Origin: Felis catus | Taxonomy: Eukaryota | Assembly (NCBI RefSeq): GCF_018350175.1 | Contig: NC_058368.1 | Location: forward strand, 168,580,001 to 168,644,000 | DNA: 64,000 nt | Direction of reading: 5' to 3' | Shown here: one piece after another, positions 24,919 through 37,455 of the stretch | Position numbering within the stretch: position 1 is the first letter of the stretch | How the letters are laid out: each line of letters opens with the position of its first letter | Program-made: the position numbers and the translations under genes | The notes under the pieces: model-generated | What the model was told of the DNA's origin: nothing | The model's database searches: none | What the model saw: only the letters and a program-made list of their open reading frames with translations

Positions 24919-26412
24919 AAAAATTTCTTTAAAAAAAAAATCACTCTGTTTTCAGTCATGGATCTTTTCTTTGTTCAAGAATATCACCAATAGTTCTGAT
25001 TTTTTTTTTTTCTTTCTGCTATGGTTGCATTCAACTCCCTCCCCCTACCTCTGCAATTTTTTTTGTTTGTTTATTTGTATTGTTGTCTCATTTTCATGAC
25101 TGTGGGTTTCCTCAAAAGTGTGGTGATTCCAAGATGTCTATTCATATTTAAGAATGAGGGAAGCTGCCTGCATGGCTGGAACTTGTGGATTGGCGGACCT
25201 CATTTTGATGTGATTTGGCAGGTGATCACACTGTTGGAAACTTTCCCCCAAAACCACTGCTCCCCCCAGTATCCATAAAAGTATTTTTCCTTAGGCAAGT
25301 AAGTTTCCTTAAAAAGGAACCCTCTAAAATTCTCTCTGAGGGATACAAATCTGGAAAGTGCCATTGTAGGAGCTAAGTGGGAGAGGAACTTTGATTGTTC
25401 AGTATGCAGTCTTTCACTTACTCCCTTCATCCCAATGTGCAGCAAGACACCTTAATCCTATACTCAGCCAGCTATCTCCATGTCTTCAAGACCAGAGCTT
25501 CTCCAGTTCACCCCCACCAGGAGTAAATCTTATTGTCTCTGGATTGGGCTAGGGCAGTGTGTCACTGGGCTAGGGTGACTAGTGTCACCAGCTAGGGCTG
25601 GTGGTTTGGGAAGTGAAATGAAGGTTTACCTACTCTCGATATAGATTATCAACCAATTCTGTTGTTTTCAGCCTCTCTTCTCACTTAATGTCTTCAGAGA
25701 TCTCTCGTTCTTGGATTCCTGGTGATCTGGATCTGTATTCATGCTGGGCCAAGGAGTTTGGAGAATAAGCAGATATAAGTGCCTATATTCAGTCCACCAT
25801 TATTGACCAGATTCACTGTTCTCATTCCAAACAGATTTTCTGAATTCCTCCCAGACCTTTTAAGCTGGAATCTTTGGGGGATAAATCTAGGAGTATGTAT
25901 TTTTGAAAAGGTTCTCAGGTGATTCTGATGAAGCTAGTGCATGAACCCACATTTGGAAATCATTACTCCAGCACCCCCCAACTGGCACACACTTGATAGT
26001 TATCTCTGAAGTTCCAGTGACCTAAAAATAAGGGAATGAGAAAGAGGACAGGTAAATTCTGACATACAAAAAGGACAGGTCTTGAGTGATCCAGGGACAT
26101 TTGGGAGAAGGCATGTGTTGATTGTGACTGTTGCTGGTAGTATTTCTCGATGGTGAGCAGGTCGGGGAAGCAGGGGAAGCAATATCAGAGTGCTAGGAGG
26201 ACAGCCAGTCTTTTGGCTAGGAGGGCTGGTTGTGAGATGTGTTAATGGATTTGATATCTATTTGGAGAACAGAATAGAAATTTTCCTCCTCCAACTCTAC
26301 TTCACCTTCTTTTCTCGCCTCCTTTCCCTATTTTATTTTCCTTAAACACATTTGTAAAATAAAGGAAGCCACATAGCCATTTTGAAATTTTGAAATTTTG
26401 AAATTTGGAAAG

Positions 26413-26512
26413 GCAAAAAAAAAAAAAAAAAACACAAAAAAACAAAAACAAAACCAAAACAAAAGAAAAACCAAAAAAAAAAAAACCCCAAAAAACAAAG
26501 TCCAAAAGAAAA
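26413..26512. repeat. A-rich low-complexity tract
   Basis: aaaaaaaa...acaaaaacaaaaccaaaac... Confidence 0.9.
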
Positions 26513-26671
26513 TCTCAGATAAATGTGACCGCTAGTGACAATATATATTCAAGAGAACAGTTTTCAGAATCAAAGAGATTTATATGTACTGAAAACAGAC
26601 AGTGCAGCATGTAAGACAGTTATGATTTCCATATTGGATGGATCATGATCTCCTCTTGAAGAGTGGTTCAT

Positions 26672-26898
26672 GGGGCATCTGGGTAGCTCAGTCAGTTGAG
26701 CGTTTGTCTCTTGAATTCGGCTCAGGTCATAATATCATGGTTTGTGAGATGAAGCGCGGTGGTGGACTCTGCGGTGACAGCATGGAGCCTGCTTGGGATT
26801 CGCTCTCTCCTTTGCATGCTTCCTCTCTGCCCCTCCCCCACTCATATGCATGTGTGTGCACTTGCGCTTTTTCAAAATCAATAAATAAACATTAAAAA
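26672..26898 (+). mobile_element. Can-SINE
   Basis: Head ggggcatctgggtagctcag; TSD aa(g/a)agtggtt. Confidence 0.9.
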
Positions 26899-27327
26899 AA
26901 GTGGTTTGTGCTGGTGGTTAAGAATGAATTGTCGGTTAGAAAGAGCAGGGAGTCATAAAGCAAAGAAGCTGGCAAAAATGAAGAAAAGAAAAGAACCATC
27001 GATTAAGGAAAAGAGGGAGGTGTATGTATGGCGACTGTTGAACCAAGATGGCACACGGCCAAGGTTTCTCTTGAAGCCAATTATGAGAAACTGTTAAACA
27101 GGAAAATGGGAGCCGTGAGAGGGGAGAGGGGAGGAGGGAGATGTGTGTTGGGGTGTTGGGTGGGTAATGGTGGAGAGATGGGATAAGGCAAGAACTTTTA
27201 AAATCATTTTTAATTGTCCGATGTTTGACATCGACATTATTGTATTCATTTGTCCAGGTAAGCAATGTTATTAGAACAGACCAAAATTGGTATTTGGTAA
27301 AGTAGAATATATACTGAAGACTTTTTT

Positions 27328-27537
27328 AAAAAGTTTTTTTAATGTTTATTTATTTTTGAGGGAGAGATAGAGACAGAGTGTGAGTGGGGTAGGAGCAGAG
27401 AGACACAGAATCCGAAACAAGCTCCAGGGTTTGAGCTGTCAGCACAGAGCCCGACATGGGGCTTGAACTCATGAACCATGAGATCATGACCTGAGCCAAA
27501 GTCAGGCACTTAACTGACTAAGCCACCCAGGCACCCC
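27328..27537 (-). mobile_element. Can-SINE
   Basis: Reverse SINE; TSD tgaagactttt. Confidence 0.92.
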
Positions 27538-28104
27538 TATGGTGAAGACTTTTTATAAATCTATAGCTAGGCAGTACTGTAGCATTTTAAAAGTCATGGT
27601 AGTACCTGGTGTAGATCTAAATTTTAATGATAGATGAGTGTCTTAAACCCTAATGCTAACAACTTCAGCTGAGATACATATCCCTCTAGACCCTATGGGG
27701 GTGGCTAGTATTTTATAAAGCCTATGGGTCATGTAGACAGGAAATTAGTTTCCTTCATTCTTCCATACTTTTTCCTGCATTTACAAGATGTAAGAAAAGT
27801 TGCACAGTATTTTTGAAATCAGATGAAATCAAGTCTTTATTAAATTTGTGGCAATGCAAAGTGATAATTAAAACAGACGGAAAATTTAACTGGATTTTCT
27901 GTAATTGCTTTTTTCAGCTTCAAAAATGTAGCATAGGTTTTTGCTACAGTCATTTACTTCAAATACATTCACTCAAAACTGCATTTCTTAACACAATGCT
28001 GGGCATATGGCAAGCAGTTTTTTAAGTTTCTTGAGTGGATAGGTGAAGAACTGGAAAGGTTCTTATGTTTTCAGAGATTTGAGTTTCTTATCATACACAT
28101 ATAA

Positions 28105-28106
<2 letters not shown>

Positions 28107-28142
<36 letters not shown>

Positions 28143-28149
28143 ACACACA
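28107..28149. repeat. (CA)n microsatellite
   Basis: Direct read. Confidence 0.97.
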
Positions 28150-28649
28150 ATGTGAACCAAACAGTTCTAATTCACCATTAGACTCTTATTTGAAGCTACT
28201 TTTTGCAAATATGTAATACAAATTCACCAGACACATCTTTCCTGGTTTAGATTCCCTTTGTATAAAGGTAGAAAAATCCTCAGGTTCTTGGAAAAGATAT
28301 GCTCTGGCAAAATAATGCCCAAAGTTGTATTTTGGCTTTATCTAACCATTTAATTCATAAACATTCATGGATTTCATTCATATTGACATGATATAACATT
28401 TAATATTAACAGGAAATTAATTTCTATTTTAAGAGGTTTATTCACATATGCTTAATTTATGCCATTAGCAATTGCTACAAAATATATACCAAACATTTAG
28501 CTTATTATCATTTCTGATTCTATTAAGATGTTTTTGTAGTTCAATAATTAGGTATCACTTAATCTGAGATAATTTTTGAGAACAAATTAAAGACTAAAAT
28601 ATGATGACTTACTTAGCTTCATAGTCTCAATATTTTGGGTATAAATATT

Positions 28650-29595
28650 TATGGGGAAATAGAACTTAAAACAAAATCTTCTCCCAACCCAGAAATCCTC
28701 TCCTGTAAGATAGTGAAGGAATAAAACACAGAATTAAATCACAATGTGATGTGCATTACAGGCAATTAGGAAAGAGATTTTAAGGACAGAAAGAAATCTC
28801 ATCCCTCAGCCAAGCAGATATAACCCATTACATATGTTTTCAAGATAAACAGTAACCAGTTCTCCAGTAAGAGTCCTTGATGGTACCATTTCCACAAATA
28901 ATTCATCTTAATTTTATTTGGTAATTGGGGTGACCATCTGTGTTAGCTAATTAGCTTTATCCAAAGGAAAAACAAACTTCTATCTTTATGACAGAAGGTA
29001 GTTTTGCAAGTTGGAGTGATTTGCCCATTGAAGTTAGGCTCTTAATCTCCCATGGAAAGTGAGTGTTATCTCCTTTTGCTTTTTATGGCAGAATAACTGA
29101 CATATAATATTCTATTAGTTATAGGTGTACAACATAATGATTTGATATTTGTATATATTGCAAAATGATCGCCATTATATGTCTAGTTCACAGCTGAAAC
29201 CATACAAGAAGAGCTTGGTTTCTTTTATTTGTGATGAGGACTCTTAAGATTTACTATCTTAACAACTTTAAAATATGTAATATAGTATTATTAACTATAG
29301 TCACCATGATGTACATTATAGCTCCAAGGCATATGCATTTAACAACTGCAAGTCTGTGTGCTTTTTGACCCCTTTCACCCATTTCAATCCCACCCATCCC
29401 AACCATTAATCTGTTCTTTGCATCTAGGAGTTAGCTTGCTTTCTTTCTTTTTCCTTTTCTTTTTTTTTAAGATTCCACATAAAGTGAGATCATAGGGTAT
29501 TTGTCTTAATCTGCCTGACATTTCACGTTGCACATGCCATTAAGGTCCATTCTCAAAGTTGTCAAGATTTCATTATTTTTTATGACTGAATAGTA

Positions 29596-29647
<52 letters not shown>

Positions 29648-30168
29648 TCTTTATCCATTTCTGGATGCTATGTCTGTCTCTTGATGTTCACATTTCAAAG
29701 CATTATCTCGTAAGTGTTTAAAGACATTCCTGGGAGGTAAAGCCAACAAAACTAGCTGAGAGAGACCTAACTAGTTTTAGAAAGGATGTAGATACACTTC
29801 AAAGAAGTTAAGAATGTTCTCAACAATTACAAGGTTTCTTTTTTTTAATTTTTTAAAAATGTTTATTTATTTTTGAGACAGACAGAGACAGAGCATGAAC
29901 AGGGGAGGGCCAGAGAGAGAGAGGAAGACACAGAATCTGAAGCAGGCTCCAGGCTCTGAGCTGCCAGCACAGAGCCTGTCGTAGGGCTCCAGCCCAGGAA
30001 CCTTGAGATCATGACCTGAGCCGAAGTCGGACACTTAACCGACTGAGCCACCCAGGCGCCCCAATTACAAGGTTTCTAAGGCAAATGTTCTGGGAAAGGG
30101 AAATCTCTTCCCACATCTTTAAGAGGAAGAATTAAGCCTCTTATTTAAATTTTTTATTTGTCTTTACA
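28650..30168 (-). mobile_element. MER67-like ERV1 solo LTR interrupted by an L1 3' end (~29076-29660, with (CA)n) and a SINE (29840-30061)
   Basis: aacttaaaacaaaatcttctcccaacccagaaatcctctcc...gacagaaagaaatctca...aaagacattcctggg...ttaagcctcttattt...taca; SINE TSD CAATTACAAGGTTTCT. Confidence 0.65.
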
Positions 30169-31514
30169 GCATGTTTTGCTTTCTTTGAACCAGCAGACAA
30201 GAAAAGTCCAATGTTAAGATTTGTTTTGCTATGTGAAGGGTTGTTCACTATAATTAAATAACCCTGTTGAAAAAATATTCACCATTCTTTTTTGCCTCCC
30301 ACGTAATTCAAAAGTTTTAGAGGGGGAAGGTGGAGATGGGGTTGACGTTAATATGCTTCAGGCAAAGAATGTGGTTCAACCAATGTACAGGATACAATGC
30401 CTTAAAAAGTCGGCTACAGGAACACACCCTCGAATAGTGACTAATAACACCTATCATACTGTTACAGATCACCTAGTGATCTTTGTTTAGCTGACATTAG
30501 TCATTTTCCACTACATTCTTTTGGTGAAGAACGCTTCTGAAACAACCGTTGCTGGAAGAGCAAACCAATTTGGGTCTCTGAACATTCCAGACTCTGGAAG
30601 AGAGAAGGTCTTATTATTATAGGGGACCACTGCAGGTCCTGCTGTACGCTTAACAGTATCCATCACAATTCCAGCACTGAGTGCCTCTTTTTTTTTTTTT
30701 TAAGACAGTCTCAGGCACTGGGAATTAATGAGAAAGATTTCAGTTCCCGCTTTAGCTGAAATCCATTCCCAAAGTATCAATATTACAACTGGTGCAACTA
30801 AACCGTACAGGAAAAGGTGACTGATTCTGAGAGCGAGAGGTGCACATTGAGGGGTACGAGATCCGCGGCCCCAAAGCAGCTTCTGTTCCTGGAGATTTCA
30901 ACTCCCGGGATCGCCCAGCACCCCGCGGGCACACTTAACATTTTAATCACGCCTCCGCCCCCACCCTCCGAATTCCTTTCCGGCTAACGACCCGCCGGGT
31001 AGTCCCTTCCAGGCGGCCTCAGCTTATCACCCCCGGCCCGGCCACTTCCCGGTCGCGGCCAGGCGAGCCTCCCAAAGTTTCCTGTGACGCCGCCGTCCGC
31101 CTCCGGCCCCATCCCGCCCTCACTCCCACCCCCGCAGCCCTCGACTCCGGGTAGAGAGGAGCGGATCACAGGAACGAGGAGGGGAACGCGAACAGGAGGA
31201 CCTCGGGACCCCACCCGAGCCGGGGACCAGGCCCAGAGGGCAGCAGCCAAAGCTCCACGCTTCCCTTTGCCGCGCCCGCAGCCCCGGGTCCGCGCGCGCC
31301 CACCCGGCCTGGACCCTGAAACCCACCCCTCGGGGTCCAGGGCCAATCGGCCGCGCCCCGCCTCCTGGGAGGTGGGGGAGGAGGGGGTTGGGGGCCGGGC
31401 GGCAGCGCCCGCCTTCGGCTCGTGCCCATTGGCTGGGGCCTCGAGGGTGCCCGAAGACCGGAGTGCAGTTTGATTGGCCGCAGAGGCTCGTGACAGCGGC
31501 GCCCATTGGCTGTG

Positions 31515-31586
31515 GTGGTCCCCGTGACGCGGGGTGGCGACTGGCTCCCGGGTCTGAGGGGCTCCTGCTTGTCAGGTTCTAGGTAG
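31515..31586 (+). other. Putative non-coding first exon (5' end approximate)
   Basis: Follows the CCAAT cluster; ends at the consensus donor TAG|GTGAGT (31586/31587), with an alternative TAG|GTAGGT at 31582/31583; contains no ATG. Confidence 0.6.
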
Positions 31587-31616
31587 GTGAGTTTCGCGCC
31601 GCCGGCGGCTGGCGCT

Positions 31617-31631
31617 GTTGCCCGGGGCAAC
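31617..31631. promoter_or_regulatory. RFX X-box
   Basis: GTTGCC-CGG-GGCAAC, with both half-sites perfect. Confidence 0.75.
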
Positions 31632-32340
31632 GCCGAGGGACGGGGGACTAGGAGGAGAGGCCTGCGGAGATAGGGGGCAACACCCCCTGCCCGCAGGGGG
31701 GCGCCTGGGACTCAGCCCTGGCCGGCGGCGGCTGCGCCGAAGGCTCTTCCTCCGCCCTCGGCCACCCCCACTCCCGCCCCAGCCTGCAGGGTCTCCCGCC
31801 CGTCCTCCACCGGCAACGGAGCATTCCTGGTTGGGGCTCGGGCCGCGCTGCACCCCCCGGGTCGGCGAGGCCGGCCCCTCCCACCAACCCGGGACTGGAG
31901 GCTGAGGGGGCGGGTGCCGGCGCGAAAGGGCTGAGGCGGGCTCAGCGGCCCCGCCCCATCGCCGGGGTCGGTGGGCTGCGGGGTGTGGGGCGGTGTTTGC
32001 GGGGCTGTGGGCACCACCCATCATGCCCGCACCCCCTTCTCTCCGAGCGCTCCTTTCCTGGCGCGGCCCTCTGGCTGGGGCGACCACCCCCAACCCCTAG
32101 GTGTTCCCTCAGTCCCATCCTGCCTCTGGGGCCCTGCAGTCCCCCTTGACCCGCGGAGCCCGTCCGCAGCCCGTCTTCTGTGCCTCAGCTTCCCCCCCTC
32201 CCGCTTTTATCTCCCACCTTCGATCACTGCTCCTGTCTTGGCCAGAGGTGACCCCCTAGACATAGTCAAGAGTTAAATTGTTAAGTGTGAAGCTAATGCA
32301 GCCGGGGCAATTTCTGCTCTGTACTCTCTTTGCCATTTAG

Positions 32341-32440
32341 GGTTGAGGAGGTGTTTGGAGGCACCTCTCGGTCAGCCTCAGAGTCTTTAGTATCAACTTT
32401 CTGAAACGCTAACTGGGTTGGTGTTGGTAGAGCCGGGCCG
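32341..32440 (+). other. Candidate 100-nt 5'UTR cassette exon
   Basis: Branch-like GCTAAT at 32292, polypyrimidine tract ending ttag (32340), donor CCG|GTACGT (32440/32441); contains no ATG. Confidence 0.35.
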
Positions 32441-34398
32441 GTACGTCGTGCACAAATTGATTTAATTGTGAAGTTGTCGTTTTTTACTTTGTACATTTGT
32501 GATCTTGATATTTAGTGCTGTGCAGTCCCAAGTCCAGTAATTTATTAAGGCTGGTAGCCTTTCATTTTCGTTTGCCTTATGGTTAAGAAAAAAAAGTCTT
32601 AATCTTTTTAATTTGTAAAAAGCTGCATATATTCATAATGGTCTTACTGTTACTTTGGAATAAACCGCTCTAAAGGTACAGTAGTACCTTTTTCCTTTCT
32701 CCAGGCATTTTAAGATAAAACAGTTTCTCCAGTGGAGTAGTCACCGTGTATAAAAGTGTTGAGGAAAAATTTATAAGGAAAAAAACCTCCAAAACTATTT
32801 TAGTGATTAAAGACTAGAAAACACTTTTTAACTTATGGAATGGGAATAGGATTTTAAAAAAAACTTGCAAAATGTCATTACTTCGCGAGTTAGTGTAGTC
32901 TTGGTATACCTTTATGGTCTTGAGAAAGAAATATTCAAGAAGAACCACACGTTTGTCAGAATGCAAAGGAAAGCTGAATGTAATCTTTTGGGATCCAGGA
33001 ATCATTTTTGCTACTACTCTTGAACCAAGGGAACTATATATACTTCCAAAGGTGTTGTGAATGTATTTAGAGTATATGAACCTACTTGGAAACCTTTTCC
33101 CTCTTTTCTTCCCAGATAGACCTTTGGTCAAGATCTGTTTCCCTTCTGCACTGATGGTCAGCAGCATTTAATATATACCATATAAAATTATTTAGGGTCC
33201 AGTTAATGCAGCTTCTGCACTACTTGAAAGGTTGATGTCAGTAGTTTGGAAGTAAGAATTCACACTTTTGGTAGAGAAATCACTTTCATTTCATCTTCAA
33301 ATTTTACAGGCTTATAACTCTGGTCTGTGAACATTTCAAGCTTATTTTCTCCTTTATTTTACTACGAAAAATTTCAAACAATGAAGTAATTAGCCGACCA
33401 CCTACACAGCAATAACTTTTCCAAGGTAGCTGTTAACATGGTATATACTAAGAAAAAGAACTGAAATGATCAAGTTTGAAAACCAGCATAAATATATATC
33501 GTACCAAAATATGTAAGGAACTCAGTTTCTTTTTGCAGATGGAAATAGTGTTTATAAAAACAATAGTAAGTTAATTTACATGACATTTACAAAGCAATCT
33601 TGTGAGTGACTAGGAAGTCATCGTGTTTGTAAATCAAGGCCCAGATGAGTAAACTGCATTTTGGTAATAAAAAAAGAAATCAAATGAACTTGTACAAATA
33701 CAAGTTTGTTTTAAAATTGGACTCTTGTATTAATAGTTTTGTACTTGATTTTTAAATGACCATCTTCTTTTGAAGACAGGTCCAAAGGACCATCACTTAT
33801 TCAGTGTTTCAGTAACACACTTAATAAATTGGATCAATCTTATGTATGTTGTTTTGGAATAAGTATATTTTTGCAATGGAAAAAGAAAGCCTACAAATGG
33901 GAACTTTTTAAAGAACTGTTTCATGGAAAATGAAGTAATTGTCTAGAAACATTTAAGTCAGTATTTTGATAGGATTCAAAAGTGTCTTGGGTGGTGTTTC
34001 ATGGTGCTGCTAGCAGAATATTTGAAAACAGACCTTCAGTTTATAATAAAATAATAATAAATGGGTATAAGTTCACATATGTGTATGTTATATTTGGAAT
34101 TTTTCCATATTTAGGAAATCCCTGCATTCTTCTTTGAGTATTTGAATCCTGCTTTTCAGTTTTAGTATACCCTAAATGTGTTTTTCTTACTTAACCTCAT
34201 TTATATAACTAATTTCTTAAATATTGAGATTAAGAGCTGTGTCTCAGAATTTATAGATCTCAGATTGCCTTGTTATTATTTCTCCATATTTCATTTGGCA
34301 TGCTTATGTATGGTTAATTTACCACACCCTGAGAGATTAAAGAGAACAGGCAGGTCATAGTTTTGGAACTTGAAAAAAATAAGATGTTTACCTATGTT

Positions 34399-34616
34399 AA
34401 AAAAATTTTTTTAAACATTTATTCATTTTTGAGAGTGAGTGAGACAGAGCATGAGCAGGGGAGGGGCAGAAAGAGAGGGAGACACAGAATTGGAAGCAGG
34501 CTCCAGGCTCTGAGCTATCTGCACAGAATCCGACGTGCGGCTCGAACTCACGGAGTGCTAGATCATGACCTGAGCCGAAGTTGGACGCTCAACCAACTGA
34601 GCCACCCAGGAGCCCC
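34399..34616 (-). mobile_element. Can-SINE
   Basis: TSD aagatgtttac(c/a)tatgtt. Confidence 0.93.
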
Positions 34617-35384
34617 AAGATGTTTACATATGTTTTAATTGAAGTTCCAGTTTTTTTTTCTCTGCCTCCTTCCCTCTTTTCTTCTTTCCTTCCTATTTTT
34701 ATTTTGATTATAAAAGTTAAATGCTTTAAAATCAGTTAAAAAGACTATAGAAAAGAAAAGTCACCAATAATTCCATGGTGGTTGATACTTTGGAAAATAA
34801 ATGAAACTTTTGTTTCTTCTATAAAGCCCTACCAATCATTGCAGTTCGATGGTCTCTATTGCAGTACATCTGTACCTGTACCTAATCTTACAGTTCTTGA
34901 ACTTGAGACTTGGTTACCCTAAATTAGAAGAGTCCTCCAAGGTCTGGAAGAAAAATGGAAAAGAATAAATAGAGGACAGATTAGAGCAACAACAACAACA
35001 ACAACAAAAACAAGAGAAGCAATTTCTCACTTTTTCTTATAAGTATAAATGTAATCTTAGTTACTCATGTGAAACTTCAGTATGGCTGACAAAATATGAG
35101 ACCTCCCAAGTTTTTTCTTTGGAATTCAAAATATCTAGGTAAGAAGTTTACTTAGTGAGTTTCTACAAAAAGTTTCCAATTTCTCCATTTTGGAGGATAT
35201 TACATATTTAACTCTGAAATATCATGGATGACATTATTTCTTAACTATTCATATATACTTATCAAGCTATGAAGTATATAGATTTAGTTTATATATCATC
35301 ACTTACTAAAAACTTGATATTGTCTCCTCCTTTTGAAGGTTCTAATTAAAATGCTAAAATTTTTAATGTAGGTTTTTTTTTGCC

Positions 35385-35600
35385 AGGGTGTGGTGAAAGA
35401 AGATTCATTTCTTTTGGAGGCAGATAGTCTGGATTTCAGTCACAAATCAGAATTTTCTTCTGTGGAATCTTGGGCAAGTTATGTAATCTCTTTAAATCCT
35501 AGTTTCCTCATCTGTAGAATGAGGATGAGATTGCCTCACAAGGTTGTTATGAAGAAGAATAAGACAATCTAGGTAAAATTCCTGAATTTAGGAAGTCCTC
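35385..35600 (+). mobile_element. MIR
   Basis: tcttgggcaagttatgtaatctctttaaatcctagtttcctcatctgtagaatgaggat. Confidence 0.8.
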
Positions 35601-36084
35601 AACTTTCATATTCAGTTCATTACATGGTAGCTTTAATTTTATCTCTCCTAGTATTACTGTGTTTATTCTACCATCCTAAAAGTCCCCAAATTTAGACCTT
35701 CGATGTTGAGTAATGTAAATTAAGTTTATATAAATTGAACGACATTTATATTTGTTCAAATGAAATAATTATCAATATCTCATATTAGCTGTTCTTTGTT
35801 CTTCAAATTACTGTGTTTCAGTAGGGGTAGTTGGAAATTCACTTTAAATGCTTTTTACCTCAAAATATGTCTAGTTTGTCTGAATTCCTGAATTATTTTT
35901 CTTTCACCTTGGATTATCATCTGTTGGTAGATGGTTTCCCGAAATTCCTTTCATTTTAACCACAAATATTTGCTTAAAAGTGGTACAGAAAAGCTAAGTG
36001 TTACTTTCTTAAATCTCTAACTAGTGTTCTTCCCTTCCTTAAACCGCATTTACTTAATATGTTTAAAACTTAAACTTTATTCTC

Positions 36085-37455
36085 CTGGTGCCTGGGTGGA
36101 TCAGTCGGTTAAGTGTCCAACTTTGGCTTAGGTCATGACCTCACAGGTGGTGGGTTTGAGCCCCTCTTTGGGCTTTGTGCTCACAGCTTGGAGCCTGGAG
36201 CCTGCTTTGGATTCTGTGTCTCCCTCTCTCTGTTCCCTTTCCCTGCTCACACTCTGTCTCTCTCTGTCTCCCTAAAATAAACGTTTAAAAAATAAAATGG
36301 AAAAAAACCCCCTTATTTTCAGATGTAATATTAAGTAAAACTCTTACATGAATGTTTTCCTTCTACTGCTGATGTATATGATTATTTTTTAGGGGAGCAT
36401 TTTATAAATATCTACATTTAAAAATGTGTACTCTGTAAGTGTAGGATTCTAATTCCTTAACACTTAAATGTGAAGGGTGTCATGAAGCAAGCAGTGAGCT
36501 GAATAGAGTTAGGAGTTGGACCACATAGTTTTTATGTGTTACCCAGAAATAAAACAAAATTTTGTAATCTAAGTCAGTGATTCTCATTTTTTCCCCATCC
36601 TAGTATAAGATATTTACATGTGTGACATATTCTAATGTGCAGTTTCTTAGTCTGCTCTCTTTAATTCCATCTCACCCTCTGTGACTCAAGAAAGCATATT
36701 GGGGGTGTCTGGGTTGAGTGTCCCACTCTTAATCTCGGCTCAGGTCATGATCTCATGAACCATGAGATTGAGCCCCACATTGGGCTCTGTGCTGACAGTT
36801 TGGAACCTGCTTGGGATTCTCTCTCTCTCTCTGTCTCTCTCTCTCTCTGTCTCTCTCTCTCTGTCCTGCCCCCTCGCTTGGTCTCGTTCTCTCTCTCTCT
36901 CAAAATAAATAAACTTAAAAGAAAAAAGAAAGCATATCAGAATGCAAATAATTGAGAGTGACATAATTGTGGGGATAAACTTGAATCTACTCTGATTTAC
37001 CAAGGAAAGGGAGTCATTTAAAAATGTCTATAACTGCTATTAGTAACAAATCCTGAGACACACCTTATAGTACTACAACTGAGACCCAAGTTACTTCCAC
37101 ATTTTCCAGAAATGAGTGCCTCTTCATTTGTCAGTCTTGTCACGTTACAGAAGAAAAGATTACTGTATTAATTTTATGTAACAGATAATGAAGAATCTTA
37201 CATTTAAAAGAATAACTGATAATGAACATTTAAAAATATGTGAACAATGGGGCACCTGGGTGGCTCAGTTGGTTGAGTGTCTGACTTCGGCTCAGGTCAT
37301 GATCTCATGGTTTGTGGGTTTGAGCCCTGCTTCAGGCTCTGTGCTGACAGCTCAGAGCCTGGAGCCTGTTTCAGACTCTGTCTCCCTCTCTCTGTGCCCT
37401 GACCCTGCTTGTGCTCTTACTGTCTCTAAAATAAATAAACATTACAAAAGAATTA
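36085..37455 (+). mobile_element. Three separate + strand Can-SINEs (36085-36305, 36700-36926, 37249-37455)
   Basis: Each has a head, (CT)n and A-tail; TSDs aagaaagcatat and aaaaatatgtga for the last two. Confidence 0.92.

Larger units (their letters stand above)
22146..25965 (+). mobile_element. MER5-like hAT element, apparently split (5' end ~22146-22180, remainder ~25828-25965) by an old minus-strand L1M
   Basis: cagtagttctcaaatctgactgtacaataga at left; cagattttctgaattcctcccagacc...ctcaggtgattctgatg...cccacatttggaaatcatt at right; L1 ORF1-like minus-strand sequence at ~22980-23330. Confidence 0.55.
30850..32450 (+). promoter_or_regulatory. CpG-island promoter of an unidentified + strand gene
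   Basis: 1.6 kb CpG-dense region; CCAAT at 31343-31347 and ATTGG at 31428, 31473 and 31505; GC boxes; TGACG at 31525; X-box at 31617-31631; strong splice donor just downstream. Confidence 0.88.

Noticed and set aside
27030..27265. YY1-like AAGATGGC plus donor CAG|GTAAGC as an extra exon or promoter
   Set aside because: Isolated short motifs without a CpG island or acceptor support; chance occurrence is likely.
31341..31510. ERSE (CCAAT-N9-CCACG) elements
   Set aside because: None of the four CCAAT boxes has CCACG at the required spacing.
30984..32276. Many Pro/Arg/Gly-rich ORFs on both strands of the second CpG island
   Set aside because: Compositional artefact of the island; no recognisable domain, and the splice donor at 31586 suggests most of it is promoter and intron.
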